IMG/VR virus record: IMGVR_UViG_3300025838_000059
Coordinates: 1-46,045 of that record
Strand: one strand, 5' to 3'
DNA length: 46,045 nt
Source: a virus
Lineage: Duplodnaviria > Caudoviricetes
This document shows, one piece after another, positions 17,631-26,748 of the stretch. The translations under genes and the position numbers were made by a program. A model generated the notes under the pieces. That model saw only the letters and a list, made by a program, of their open reading frames with translations, searched no databases and had not been told where the DNA came from. Position 1 is the first letter of the stretch. Each line of letters starts with the position of its first letter.

Positions 17631-18923
17631 ATGACCGCAACCGTATCACGCGAGCAATTCTTCTCCGCAATAGCGGATATGGCGAATTTGGAAACATTTT
17701 CGCAGGCTGTTTTGGCCAATCCAAATACGACCGCGTGGAACCAGTTTAATTCCGCGACGTGCATTTCGTCCACAGATGATATTGCCCTGTTGGTGCGAAC
17801 CACGTTCAACTGGACGCAGCTCCAACTTGACTCGCTTTTCACCCTCGCGGCGACACTTCCGGGTGGAGATGTAGCTTGTGGCGCGACGGTTGTGCCATCG
17901 ACTGTGGCGGCGGTTTCAAGGCAGCAGTTCTTTGCGGCCATTGCCATACAGGCCAATGTGGAATTGCTGTCGCAGGCTGTAACGGCAAACAAAAACGACA
18001 CGCTTTGGATACAGTTTAATTCTGCGGTTTGTATTTCGATCACAGATCAATTGGCGCTTTTGGCTCAGACCACATTTGGCTGGACTTCGGCCCAGTTGGT
18101 TTCGTGCTTCTCGCTTGCAGCTACCCTCCCCGGCGGCAATGCCTCTTGCTCTGTCCAGCCGGTCGATCCTGTTTATCCGACACCTTTCGGCGGGGCGACA
18201 TTTACGGCGCTCGATATTATCAATCTTGCTTATAAAGACGCTGGCGTGTTGGGTGTTGGTCAGTCGCTTCTGGCAGAAGATGTTAATGACGCCTTGACGC
18301 GATTGAATATGATGATTGCTCAGTGGCGGATGAAACGCTGGTTGGTATGGCACCTTGTGGACAAGAGTGTGGTGTCAACTGGGGCCCAAAGCTATACGGT
18401 CGGCCCCGGCGGTGACATAAATGTAGCAGCGCGCCCGGACAAACTCGAAAGCGCGTTTTTCAGAATGCTGGCGGGCGGAAGCGGCACACAGGCGGTGGAC
18501 TATCCGCTCCAGATCCTTTTCTCAATGGAGGATTATGCAAGAATTACGCTCAAGCAATTAGTGTCATTCTCGCAATGCATATTCTATGACTCCGCATGGC
18601 CTTTGGGGCGCATTTATCCTTGGCCGATCCCACAAGCAAACCTTTACGAAGTCCATATCTTGCTCAAAGATGTGTTGACTGAATTCAACAATCTAACAAG
18701 CCCTTTCATATTTCCGCCCGAATACCTTGCAGCTATCCACTACAATCTTGTAGTTCGCACCCGCGCTGCATACCGACTTCCACCAGATCCGACATATGAA
18801 GGGCTGGCGGCAGATGCGCTCCAGACGATCCGTTCTGCGAATGCACAAATACCTAGCCTTGTGATGCCGGATAATCTGGTCCGTCCGAGTGTCTACAACA
18901 TTTACAGCGACCAAACGAGGTAA
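17631..18923 (+). CDS. Head-tail adaptor (P22 gp4-like) with two extra N-terminal ~80-aa repeats
   Basis: TALDIINLAYKDAGVLGVGQ...DALTRLNMMIAQW resembles gp4 N-terminus; position between coat and gp10. Confidence 0.75.
   Translation: MTATVSREQFFSAIADMANLETFSQAVLANPNTTAWNQFNSATCISSTDDIALLVRTTFNWTQLQLDSLFTLAATLPGGDVACGATVVPSTVAAVSRQQFFAAIAIQANVELLSQAVTANKNDTLWIQFNSAVCISITDQLALLAQTTFGWTSAQLVSCFSLAATLPGGNASCSVQPVDPVYPTPFGGATFTALDIINLAYKDAGVLGVGQSLLAEDVNDALTRLNMMIAQWRMKRWLVWHLVDKSVVSTGAQSYTVGPGGDINVAARPDKLESAFFRMLAGGSGTQAVDYPLQILFSMEDYARITLKQLVSFSQCIFYDSAWPLGRIYPWPIPQANLYEVHILLKDVLTEFNNLTSPFIFPPEYLAAIHYNLVVRTRAAYRLPPDPTYEGLAADALQTIRSANAQIPSLVMPDNLVRPSVYNIYSDQTR
17637..18140 (+). repeat. Tandem ~80-aa repeat in the gp4-like gene
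   Basis: VSRxQFFxAIA...SQAVxAN...WxQFNSAxCISxTD...TTFxWT...FxLAATLPGG twice. Confidence 0.9.
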
Positions 18924-18928
18924 CTCAA

Positions 18929-19330
18929 ATGGCTATACCTGATCGTCTTCCCAATGGTTACGCGCTTCAAGACGGATATACTCTTGAAAATCTTATGGCT
19001 ACTCCACAGTGGCAGACAAACTACGGCATCACAGCCCTTGCTGGTGGTGGCCTTTCTTCTTCTACTCCAGTTCTTGTCAACGGCGTGAATGTTGTCACGG
19101 TTGTGGGCACGGCTGCTGACAGCGTTGTGCTTCCAAGCGCAGTTGCAGGCACCATCGTCTACTTGCTGAATGCAGATAGCGCAGACGCTGTGCAGGTTTT
19201 TGCGCAGGGTTCTGACACGATCAACGGCACAGCTGGTGCGACAGGTGTTTCTTATGCTGCAGCTAAACGTGTGCTTTTTATCGCTGTGACGAACAACGTA
19301 TGGATTGCTAACGTAATGTCTGCTACGTAA
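18929..19330 (+). CDS. Small beta-rich virion protein, paralog of N-domain of ORF 285
   Basis: GAGG RBS; PNGYALQDG...GITALAGG...VVLPSA. Confidence 0.65.
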   Translation: MAIPDRLPNGYALQDGYTLENLMATPQWQTNYGITALAGGGLSSSTPVLVNGVNVVTVVGTAADSVVLPSAVAGTIVYLLNADSADAVQVFAQGSDTINGTAGATGVSYAAAKRVLFIAVTNNVWIANVMSAT

Positions 19331-19343
19331 GGGATGTAGTGAA

Positions 19344-20759
19344 GTGGCTCAGATCCAACTTGTTCAAGGTGCTTATGAAGCGCGCTCGGTAATAGCGAAC
19401 GCGCAGAGGTGCATCAATCTGTATCCAGAACAGAACACGAAGGATGCTGAAGTTCCTTACACGCACTACTGCACTCCGGGGCTGACGCTTCTCGCGCAAG
19501 GAATTGTGGCCGAGGTGCGTCAGCTTTACACAGCGTCCAACGGGCTGCTTTTTGCGGTCATCGGGAACATTGTTTATTACGTGCCAGATAATTTTGTGCT
19601 GCAACAATTAGGCAGCATCACTTCTCAATCTGGTCTTGTAAGTATGTATGATAATAAGTTCTCGCTTATTATTTTAGATGGCTCGACGCAGGGATGGAGT
19701 GTTAATCTTACATCGCTTGAGTTTAATGTTTTTAATCCGACCAATTTTGTTGGCGGAAATCAAATTCGCTACATTGACACGTTTTTAGTCTCGTCAACTC
19801 AAAACGCCAACATTCAATCGAGCAACTCGAACGAAACAACTTACCCCGACCTTGGCGTTGCCACGATGTCTGGAGACGCTGACCGACTCCAAATCATTGA
19901 CGTTGTGCATAAGGAAATGTGGAGTTTTGGAAGACGCACAACGGAAGTCTGGACGAATGTTGGATCATATCCGTTTCCGTTCCAGCCCATTCCCGGTGTG
20001 TTTTTGCAGCACGGGATCGCAGCTTTGCGTTCGCTGGCGAAGTGGGGGTTGAATATCTTCTGGCTTTCGGAAGACAACAATGGCCAAGCTCTCATCATGC
20101 AAGGCACAGCTTACAAAGCTGACATTGTTTCTACCCCCGCCATTGCAGATGCTATCGGAAAATATGATAAGATTTCTGACGCTATCGGATTTTGTTATCA
20201 GCAAGGTTCACATATTTTCTACTTCTTAACCTTCCCGTCAGCAAACGCGACGTGGTGTTATGATCTGTCAACCCAACTCTGGCATGAGCGTGGGTATTTA
20301 GATGAAAACGGAAACCTTGTAAGACATCGTGCGAACTGCGTAGCTCATGCCTATAACCGCACAATTGTTGGCGATTGGCAAAACGGTAATCTCTATACTT
20401 TTGATCTCAACAATTACACAGACAACGGAAATCCGATCTTACGTCTTCGCTCCTTCCCACATCTTGTGTCTGACGGAGATCGCGTAAGCTATACAAACTT
20501 TATGGCTGACATCGAGGTCGGCACAGACCTTGATCCTTCCGAAGACCCCCAAATCACCCTTTGCTGGAGTAATGATCGCGGGGTGAGTTTTGGAAATGGC
20601 TTACAACAATCGTTAGGTAAATCCGGCGAATATCGTGCAGTTCCCTCTTGGAGCAGACTGGGATTTGCGAGAGATCGTGTGTTTGAATTGTCTTGGACTG
20701 CTCCTTGTCCTGCAGCCTTGAACGGCGCGTGGATACAAGTTGAGAAGATGGAGACATAA
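19344..20759 (+). CDS. Tail hub / packaged-DNA stabilization protein (P22 gp10-like)
   Basis: GTG start; QRCINLYPE, YFLTFPSANATWCYD, WSNDRG, LGFARDRVFE; size and synteny. Confidence 0.85.
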   Translation: MAQIQLVQGAYEARSVIANAQRCINLYPEQNTKDAEVPYTHYCTPGLTLLAQGIVAEVRQLYTASNGLLFAVIGNIVYYVPDNFVLQQLGSITSQSGLVSMYDNKFSLIILDGSTQGWSVNLTSLEFNVFNPTNFVGGNQIRYIDTFLVSSTQNANIQSSNSNETTYPDLGVATMSGDADRLQIIDVVHKEMWSFGRRTTEVWTNVGSYPFPFQPIPGVFLQHGIAALRSLAKWGLNIFWLSEDNNGQALIMQGTAYKADIVSTPAIADAIGKYDKISDAIGFCYQQGSHIFYFLTFPSANATWCYDLSTQLWHERGYLDENGNLVRHRANCVAHAYNRTIVGDWQNGNLYTFDLNNYTDNGNPILRLRSFPHLVSDGDRVSYTNFMADIEVGTDLDPSEDPQITLCWSNDRGVSFGNGLQQSLGKSGEYRAVPSWSRLGFARDRVFELSWTAPCPAALNGAWIQVEKMET

Positions 20760-20760
20760 C

Positions 20761-21561
20761 GTGCCAATTTTAAAAAGCGTTCCTAACTCTACAACACAGC
20801 TAATTGATGAAAATGGAAAGCCGACACGGCAATTCCAATTGTTAATGGCCGCTTTGGCTGAGCCCGGAAACATCACGTCTTATGATATTGCTGATGGTGC
20901 TATTATCTCAGTAAAACTCGCCAACGGATCGGTTTCGACTGACAAACTTCCAGATAATGTTATTACTGCGACAAAAATTTCCGACAATTCAATCACAACT
21001 TCAAAGATTTTGGCCAATGCCATCACGTCAAATTTGATTGCAGCTGGCGCGATTGTTACGGATAAAATTTATGCGAACTCAATCGTTACTCAGCACATCA
21101 GTATCGGGGCGGTTACGACTCCAAACATCGCATTAAATTCTGTTTCGTATGCTGGCGGGCAGTCGTCAAGTGGTTCTTCTGCGACGATCAATCTTGTGCC
21201 AGTAGAGAACTCGATTGTCTGTATTCTTGGGACGTATGATGGAACGGCTGCAACAAGTTCCGGCACCATCACAATTTCTGTCAACGGAACGCCCATCGAC
21301 TCCGGCACAATTCCGGGCATTTACTTTACATCGATGGGTTTGTCTCCGGGCCCTAACCCCGTCTACGGCGGCGCGTTTTATGGTGATACGTCCAACCATA
21401 CCCAAGTTTATAGCTACGCCCCTGTAACGACTGTCGCGGTTTATCCTCGAACACTTCAAACCAATTATACAGTTCAAAATACCGACACTGCTTTGGCCAT
21501 AACCTGTTCTACAAATGTAGGCGGGCCGGTTAGCGTGTTGGCTTGGGAGCTTTCAAGATGA
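20761..21561 (+). CDS. Tail needle/short fibre protein with 10-residue repeats
   Basis: GTG at 20761 after GGAG; LIDENGKPTRQF N-terminus; about nine decapeptide repeats (ITATKISDNS, ITTSKILANA...); position of P22 gp26. Confidence 0.6.
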   Translation: MPILKSVPNSTTQLIDENGKPTRQFQLLMAALAEPGNITSYDIADGAIISVKLANGSVSTDKLPDNVITATKISDNSITTSKILANAITSNLIAAGAIVTDKIYANSIVTQHISIGAVTTPNIALNSVSYAGGQSSSGSSATINLVPVENSIVCILGTYDGTAATSSGTITISVNGTPIDSGTIPGIYFTSMGLSPGPNPVYGGAFYGDTSNHTQVYSYAPVTTVAVYPRTLQTNYTVQNTDTALAITCSTNVGGPVSVLAWELSR

Positions 21562-21848
21562 CCAACAAAATGTTTATTCACTACGATGACCAAGGGAACA
21601 TCGACTCCTTCACCCATGAGCATGAAGTGTTTTTTGAGATGCGGAAGGCTGCGGGTGAAAAGATTATCGAAGTCGAGCGTAAGTTCGATTATAAAAGTTT
21701 TAAGGTTGATTTAACGACCTTGACTATTGTGCCGAAGACCCCAGAAGAAATTGCTGCGGCTCAGCCAAAACCCATTGCTATTCCGATAGTTATTCAGCCT
21801 GTTGCTCCAACAACTTCTCCCGAAACCCCTATCCCTTCGGGGAGTTAA
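21558..21848 (+). CDS. Hypothetical tail-associated protein
   Basis: GGAG RBS, ATGA coupling. Confidence 0.6.
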   Translation: MTNKMFIHYDDQGNIDSFTHEHEVFFEMRKAAGEKIIEVERKFDYKSFKVDLTTLTIVPKTPEEIAAAQPKPIAIPIVIQPVAPTTSPETPIPSGS

Positions 21849-21891
21849 GTATTATGATGTGTAGGCCGGATTTGACATTTAGGAGATTAAT

Positions 21892-22791
21892 ATGGACCCC
21901 GTAACTTTAGCCATGATGGGCGGCGGATTGCTGGCGGGAAATCTCCTAAAAGGATTTGGGGGACAGCAAGCGTCCAACATTCAAGCTGGTGGTGCGCAAA
22001 ATGCCGCACTTTGGCAGGCCCTTGCCGCAGGCCAAGCTCAACAAAATTACGCCCAGTATTTTAATCAAGCAAAAGCGGCCTTGAACCCTTACGTTCAAGC
22101 TGGCCAAACTTCCATGAACACCCTGCAAAGTTATTTGACAGGGAATGCTGCAAAAACTGCAGGTATCGGCGGGGGAGGTGACACGTTAATGTCCACCTTC
22201 CAGCCTACCCAAGCGCAGCTTGAAAGCACTCCGGGCTATCAATGGGCGAAAACACAGGCCCTTGGAAGCATGGCAAATTCTGGTGCAGCAAAAGGCCTTG
22301 GCACATCCGGCAATCTTGTGCAGCAAATCGGCACGACAGCAACAGGGCTTGCGTCACAAACATTCCAGCAACAACTCCAAAACTATATGAACCAAAACCT
22401 TCAAGCCTATAACATGCTATTCCAGCCTTCACAGCTGGGCGCACAGGCGGCAGGGCAGTTGGGGCAAGCGGCTTTACAAACTGGCCAGTTGACTGGAAAT
22501 GCGATGATGGGTGCAGGCACGGCACTTGGTCAAGGTGTGATGGGTGCAGCAAATGCACAGGCCCAAGGAACAAATGCGCTTTATGGTGGGATTGCATCTG
22601 GCCTAAGTTCTACCGCATCTCTCCCAATAATGGCGCAGTTGGCTGGACAAGGTGTCATGGGCGGCGGGAATGTCAGTCCTTCCGGCCCAGCAGATTTGTG
22701 GAATTTTGCTACTGGCAACACAAGTCCATTCCCTTCAAGGGGCTATCAAACCTCTACAAACGCTTTAAACTATACCGGCGGATTAAAATAA
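21892..22791 (+). CDS. DNA ejection protein (P22 gp7-like)
   Basis: Gln/Gly/Ala-rich; ALNPYVQAG, LESTPGYQW, AAKGLGTSG; AGGAG RBS. Confidence 0.8.
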   Translation: MDPVTLAMMGGGLLAGNLLKGFGGQQASNIQAGGAQNAALWQALAAGQAQQNYAQYFNQAKAALNPYVQAGQTSMNTLQSYLTGNAAKTAGIGGGGDTLMSTFQPTQAQLESTPGYQWAKTQALGSMANSGAAKGLGTSGNLVQQIGTTATGLASQTFQQQLQNYMNQNLQAYNMLFQPSQLGAQAAGQLGQAALQTGQLTGNAMMGAGTALGQGVMGAANAQAQGTNALYGGIASGLSSTASLPIMAQLAGQGVMGGGNVSPSGPADLWNFATGNTSPFPSRGYQTSTNALNYTGGLK

Positions 22792-22801
22792 GGAGCCTCA
22801 G

Positions 22802-24346
22802 ATGGCTGGCGAAATTCCATACCCACAAGCTCCAGAAGGCCCAAGGTTTACAGAAAGTAATCCTTTGGAAATGATGTCGCAGATGCAAGGCATTGCTTTG
22901 CGGAATGCTGAAACTCGCCGTGCAGAACAAGCGGCAGCTATTCAACAACAACAATTTGTTGCAAAGCAGGCGCTCGGCCAGTTGATGCAGCATCATGTGG
23001 ACCCAAAAACTGGGGAACTTAACAACGAACAATTCCTAGTTCATGCCTCTACTGTTCCAGAAATCCGCCCGATCATGGGCGAAGTTATGACGCTCATGCT
23101 TAACAACCAGCATGTGCATGAACAAATTCTTGGCCAACAGTTAATGAATGCTGAGAAAAAGTTAGATACAAATGCTGGGATTATATCTTCTATTTACCAA
23201 GAAAAAGTGCGGAAGGGTTTGAAAGGCCCGGAGGCTGATAAGCAAGCTGCGGCGGATTTTGTGGCACAACAAATTGCAGCTGGAACTTTAGAGCGAGGCC
23301 CGCAATCGCAACAAGCATTGATCCAGATGACAAAAGCGATTGACGGCGGGCAAAAGTTTGATGACTTTGCTCGCACTTTTGCGATGTCAGCGCCAAGAGG
23401 GATTGAAGGTATTAAGGCTGCAGGTCTGACATTGGGGCAGCTTACCGCTCCTATCGAAACCTTTGACGACAACCCTGACTCTCCAACATACGGACAGAAA
23501 ATAAAGGTTCCTGCCTACAAGGTTCAAGGTGCGCTGCCAGAAGGTGCTGCCGATCTTATGGGAGAACCAATGAATGCTGCGCAGGGCGGGTCGGCTCCTC
23601 CCGCTGCTGGCGTGGCTCGGCAGGGGCCTCAACCCTCTGGGGCTCCTGCCACCCAATACAAATATCTTCAAGAAGCGCCTATTGCTGCGCAGCGTGAATC
23701 TGCCTTCCAAAAGGGTGAAGGGGATTATGCAAAACTTGGACAGGAGATTGGCGAGGCTGCACAAAGTGCAACTGGAAGTCAGCAAGCCATCTCAGAAACA
23801 AGAAGTTTGTTGAAAGACATTGAAGCTCTTGGGAAGTCAGGAACAGGACCAACTGCTCCAATGCGAAAGTCGGCAACTAAACTATTGATAGATGCTCAAA
23901 ATGCTATCGGAGGAGAAGCTGAAGACTCTCCTATGCGGAAATATGCAAGTAAGTTGCTAGAAAAAGCTGGCAAAGTCGTCACAGGATCAGATAATCCAAG
24001 AGAATGGGTCGGCGCGGCAGAAGCCTTTGAAAAATTAGCGGCAGTTTCGGCAATTGCTGGATTACGAACTGCAGTAGGTGCTTCCAATAAAATTGGGCAA
24101 TTGGAGACTTTGAAGTTTATGGATATATTTCCGGGGTTAGCTTCTTCTCCCGGCGGTATTAAGCGTATGTTAGACTATGTAGAAAAGGTCAACACATCTG
24201 CTCTTGAGCGCCAAGAACATTTCAATCGTTGGAATAAAAAATACAGAACTGATCGTGAAAGAGGTTTTGTGGCGAATAAGTTCAATGAAGACTGGAATAA
24301 TTATCTAAAAGAGTCGGGTAGGATAAAGTTTGAGGAGCCAGAATAA
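22802..24346 (+). CDS. DNA ejection protein (gp20-like position)
   Basis: Helical Gln/Ala-rich, second of three large ORFs after the tail genes. Confidence 0.65.
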   Translation: MAGEIPYPQAPEGPRFTESNPLEMMSQMQGIALRNAETRRAEQAAAIQQQQFVAKQALGQLMQHHVDPKTGELNNEQFLVHASTVPEIRPIMGEVMTLMLNNQHVHEQILGQQLMNAEKKLDTNAGIISSIYQEKVRKGLKGPEADKQAAADFVAQQIAAGTLERGPQSQQALIQMTKAIDGGQKFDDFARTFAMSAPRGIEGIKAAGLTLGQLTAPIETFDDNPDSPTYGQKIKVPAYKVQGALPEGAADLMGEPMNAAQGGSAPPAAGVARQGPQPSGAPATQYKYLQEAPIAAQRESAFQKGEGDYAKLGQEIGEAAQSATGSQQAISETRSLLKDIEALGKSGTGPTAPMRKSATKLLIDAQNAIGGEAEDSPMRKYASKLLEKAGKVVTGSDNPREWVGAAEAFEKLAAVSAIAGLRTAVGASNKIGQLETLKFMDIFPGLASSPGGIKRMLDYVEKVNTSALERQEHFNRWNKKYRTDRERGFVANKFNEDWNNYLKESGRIKFEEPE

Positions 24347-26748
24347 TGTCAGCTCTCGACGACTACTGGAAAAAACACCATGAGGAAGGGGTGGACACTT
24401 CTTCAATACCAGCCCCTGCTCCTTCTGCATCTGCCCCCATGAGTGCCTTAGATGCTTATTGGGCTGAAAAGCATGAAGGCTCGACGGCAACAGAGCGCCA
24501 AGCCCAACAGGCGAAGGCCAAAGGTGAGCCATTAGGCAATGTCAATATTTCGTATTTAGGGGAATATGGGCGTCCGAAAGCGCAAGGTCATCTTAGCCCT
24601 GCACAACAATATCAGCACCTTTTGAGCCTTGGAGCCTCTCCTAATGAGGCACACTTACTAACATCTGCCGCTGCATCCGAAAGCGAGTTAAATCCTGCCG
24701 CACATCACGACCAGAACACAGGCTACGGACTGTATGGCCATCGATTAGAGCGCCTCGACGCTATGCGGAAGTTTGCTGGCGCGGAATATCCTTCTTGGCA
24801 ACAACAAAATGCTTTCGCCTTACAGGAGTTGCGCTCAAGGCCAGAATACAACCTTGTGCAAAATGCTAAAAACGCCCGTGACCTTGCTATCGCACAGATG
24901 CACTTTGAACGTCCGGCAGGATATTCCCCAGAGAACCCATCCGCTGGTCACAACTTCGCAGGGCGTCTTACAACCTTAAACCAATTCGCAGGGCTTCGCG
25001 GAGAGGATCGTATTCCCCGTGGTGAACTTGCGCCAGAATGGGGAGTTGGTCATTCCCTTGCGACCGGCGCGACGTTAGGTTTTGCTCCACAAATCCAAGC
25101 CGCTTTTGAGGCTGGTTATAATCCGTTTGTTGGTGGCAGACATGCCATGAACCAAGAGCGTTACCAACAACGTCTTGCGGAACTCCAAGAACAACGTCGC
25201 CTTTACAATTTAGAAAATCCACTTTCTGGCTATGGCGCGGAAGGTTTGGGCTCTGTTGCCACAACCGCGATCCCATTGGCAAGAGCTGGGCAGGTTTTAG
25301 GTCAGGTCGCTGAACGGGTTGCCCCGATGGTTGCCCCTGCGGTCGCACCTTATGTTCCACAAGCAATGAGATTTTTAGGCGGTGAGGCTGGTCAAGCGAT
25401 CCCGCAAGTGGCTGAACAAATGCCAGGACTCGCCGGGGCGGCTACAAGGCTTGGGTCTGCCGGTGCGCAGGGCGCAATTCAAGGTGTGACGCAAACAGGC
25501 CTTGAGGCTGCAAGTCGTGCGATGGGTGGATCACTCGGTGATACAGAAACCCCGTTGATGGAACAATTCGGAACAAGCGCGCTTTTAGGCGGAACGCTTG
25601 GCCCTGCACTTTCGAAGTTGGTTTCACCACGGGCTGGTGGAGCGTTAGCCCCGGAATGGGAAGCCGGTCCACGTCAAGTCGGACAACAGGCGCTTGAAGA
25701 ATTCAATATTCCTGTCTATCCCGGCCAATTTGCAAAGGGCGAGGCTGCAGAATTCTTTCGACAAACTGCGCCACAATCACTTCTTGACCAGCAAAACAAA
25801 AGGTTCTCGGAAGAAGTTTCGAAGATCATCGGATCAAAAGACCTTACCCCTGCGGAAGTTGAAAAAGCTGCACAGGATGTTGGAAGTAAAATGAGCGCAG
25901 TTGCGGCAGGTGTGGCCCCGCTTCGTGCAACTCAAAAAGCTGCGACAGACCTTTACAATGTTTATACAGACTCCTTTACACTTCGTGATGATAACATTCG
26001 GAAAATTGTTCAAGGGATCATTCACGACATTGGAACTGATCTTGCAACTGGACAATTAAATGGAAAAGTATTTCAGAAATACACTCAGAAAGGCGGCATT
26101 ATTGATCGCCAACTTTCCGCCGCATCAAACTCCATCAAGAAGTTTTATGGCGGTGAACTTCGAAATGTGATGTTTGATCTTCTTGCAGCAAACGATCCAA
26201 GGGCTGCAAAAGAATGGGCGGGCTTACGTTCACGCTACCGCGACATTATTAATGTCGATCCACACACCACCACCAGCGGGATTGTTGACCCAAGAGCTAT
26301 TGCGAATGCTGTTGGAAAGAAAGGCTCGACTTCACGTCTTAAAGACCTTGCACCTGTAGGAGAATTCTTGCGCGGCACTGAGCCTTCCGGCGCGGCCACA
26401 CCATTTTCTCGTGGAGGTGGCGGAATGAGCCCCGGAGAAATCTGGCAAACCCTTAAACAAAATTGGCGTCCATTGACATTTGGTGGATCTGCCGCATCGG
26501 TGTTTGCTCCGGGCCTTTCTGACATTGCTGCTGCCGGTGGCCCTTTAATCCAATACGCCCTTCCAACTGCACTTGCAGGCGCAGCCACAACTTTTGCGGC
26601 GCGAGATTTGGCGACAAAACAACTTCTAAAAAGTCCCGCAGTTCGTAAGCAAGTTTTTGCCGGGACTTTTGGTAAAGAAAAGCGTAGAGCTGCGCGGAAT
26701 ATTGTGAGGGGCGCGGTTTCACTTAATCCATTGGCAGGGGAAGAATGA
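24346..26748 (+). CDS. DNA ejection protein (gp16-like position) with phage tail-lysozyme domain
   Basis: ESELNPAA...GYGLYGH...QQNAFALQEL...FERP lysozyme-2-like signature; Gly/Ala-rich hydrophobic segments. Confidence 0.7.
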   Translation: MSALDDYWKKHHEEGVDTSSIPAPAPSASAPMSALDAYWAEKHEGSTATERQAQQAKAKGEPLGNVNISYLGEYGRPKAQGHLSPAQQYQHLLSLGASPNEAHLLTSAAASESELNPAAHHDQNTGYGLYGHRLERLDAMRKFAGAEYPSWQQQNAFALQELRSRPEYNLVQNAKNARDLAIAQMHFERPAGYSPENPSAGHNFAGRLTTLNQFAGLRGEDRIPRGELAPEWGVGHSLATGATLGFAPQIQAAFEAGYNPFVGGRHAMNQERYQQRLAELQEQRRLYNLENPLSGYGAEGLGSVATTAIPLARAGQVLGQVAERVAPMVAPAVAPYVPQAMRFLGGEAGQAIPQVAEQMPGLAGAATRLGSAGAQGAIQGVTQTGLEAASRAMGGSLGDTETPLMEQFGTSALLGGTLGPALSKLVSPRAGGALAPEWEAGPRQVGQQALEEFNIPVYPGQFAKGEAAEFFRQTAPQSLLDQQNKRFSEEVSKIIGSKDLTPAEVEKAAQDVGSKMSAVAAGVAPLRATQKAATDLYNVYTDSFTLRDDNIRKIVQGIIHDIGTDLATGQLNGKVFQKYTQKGGIIDRQLSAASNSIKKFYGGELRNVMFDLLAANDPRAAKEWAGLRSRYRDIINVDPHTTTSGIVDPRAIANAVGKKGSTSRLKDLAPVGEFLRGTEPSGAATPFSRGGGGMSPGEIWQTLKQNWRPLTFGGSAASVFAPGLSDIAAAGGPLIQYALPTALAGAATTFAARDLATKQLLKSPAVRKQVFAGTFGKEKRRAARNIVRGAVSLNPLAGEE

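Noticed and set aside
17621-17632. CTTAACCCAT as another palindrome half-site
   Set aside because: Imperfect and has no partner arm at 17-bp spacing
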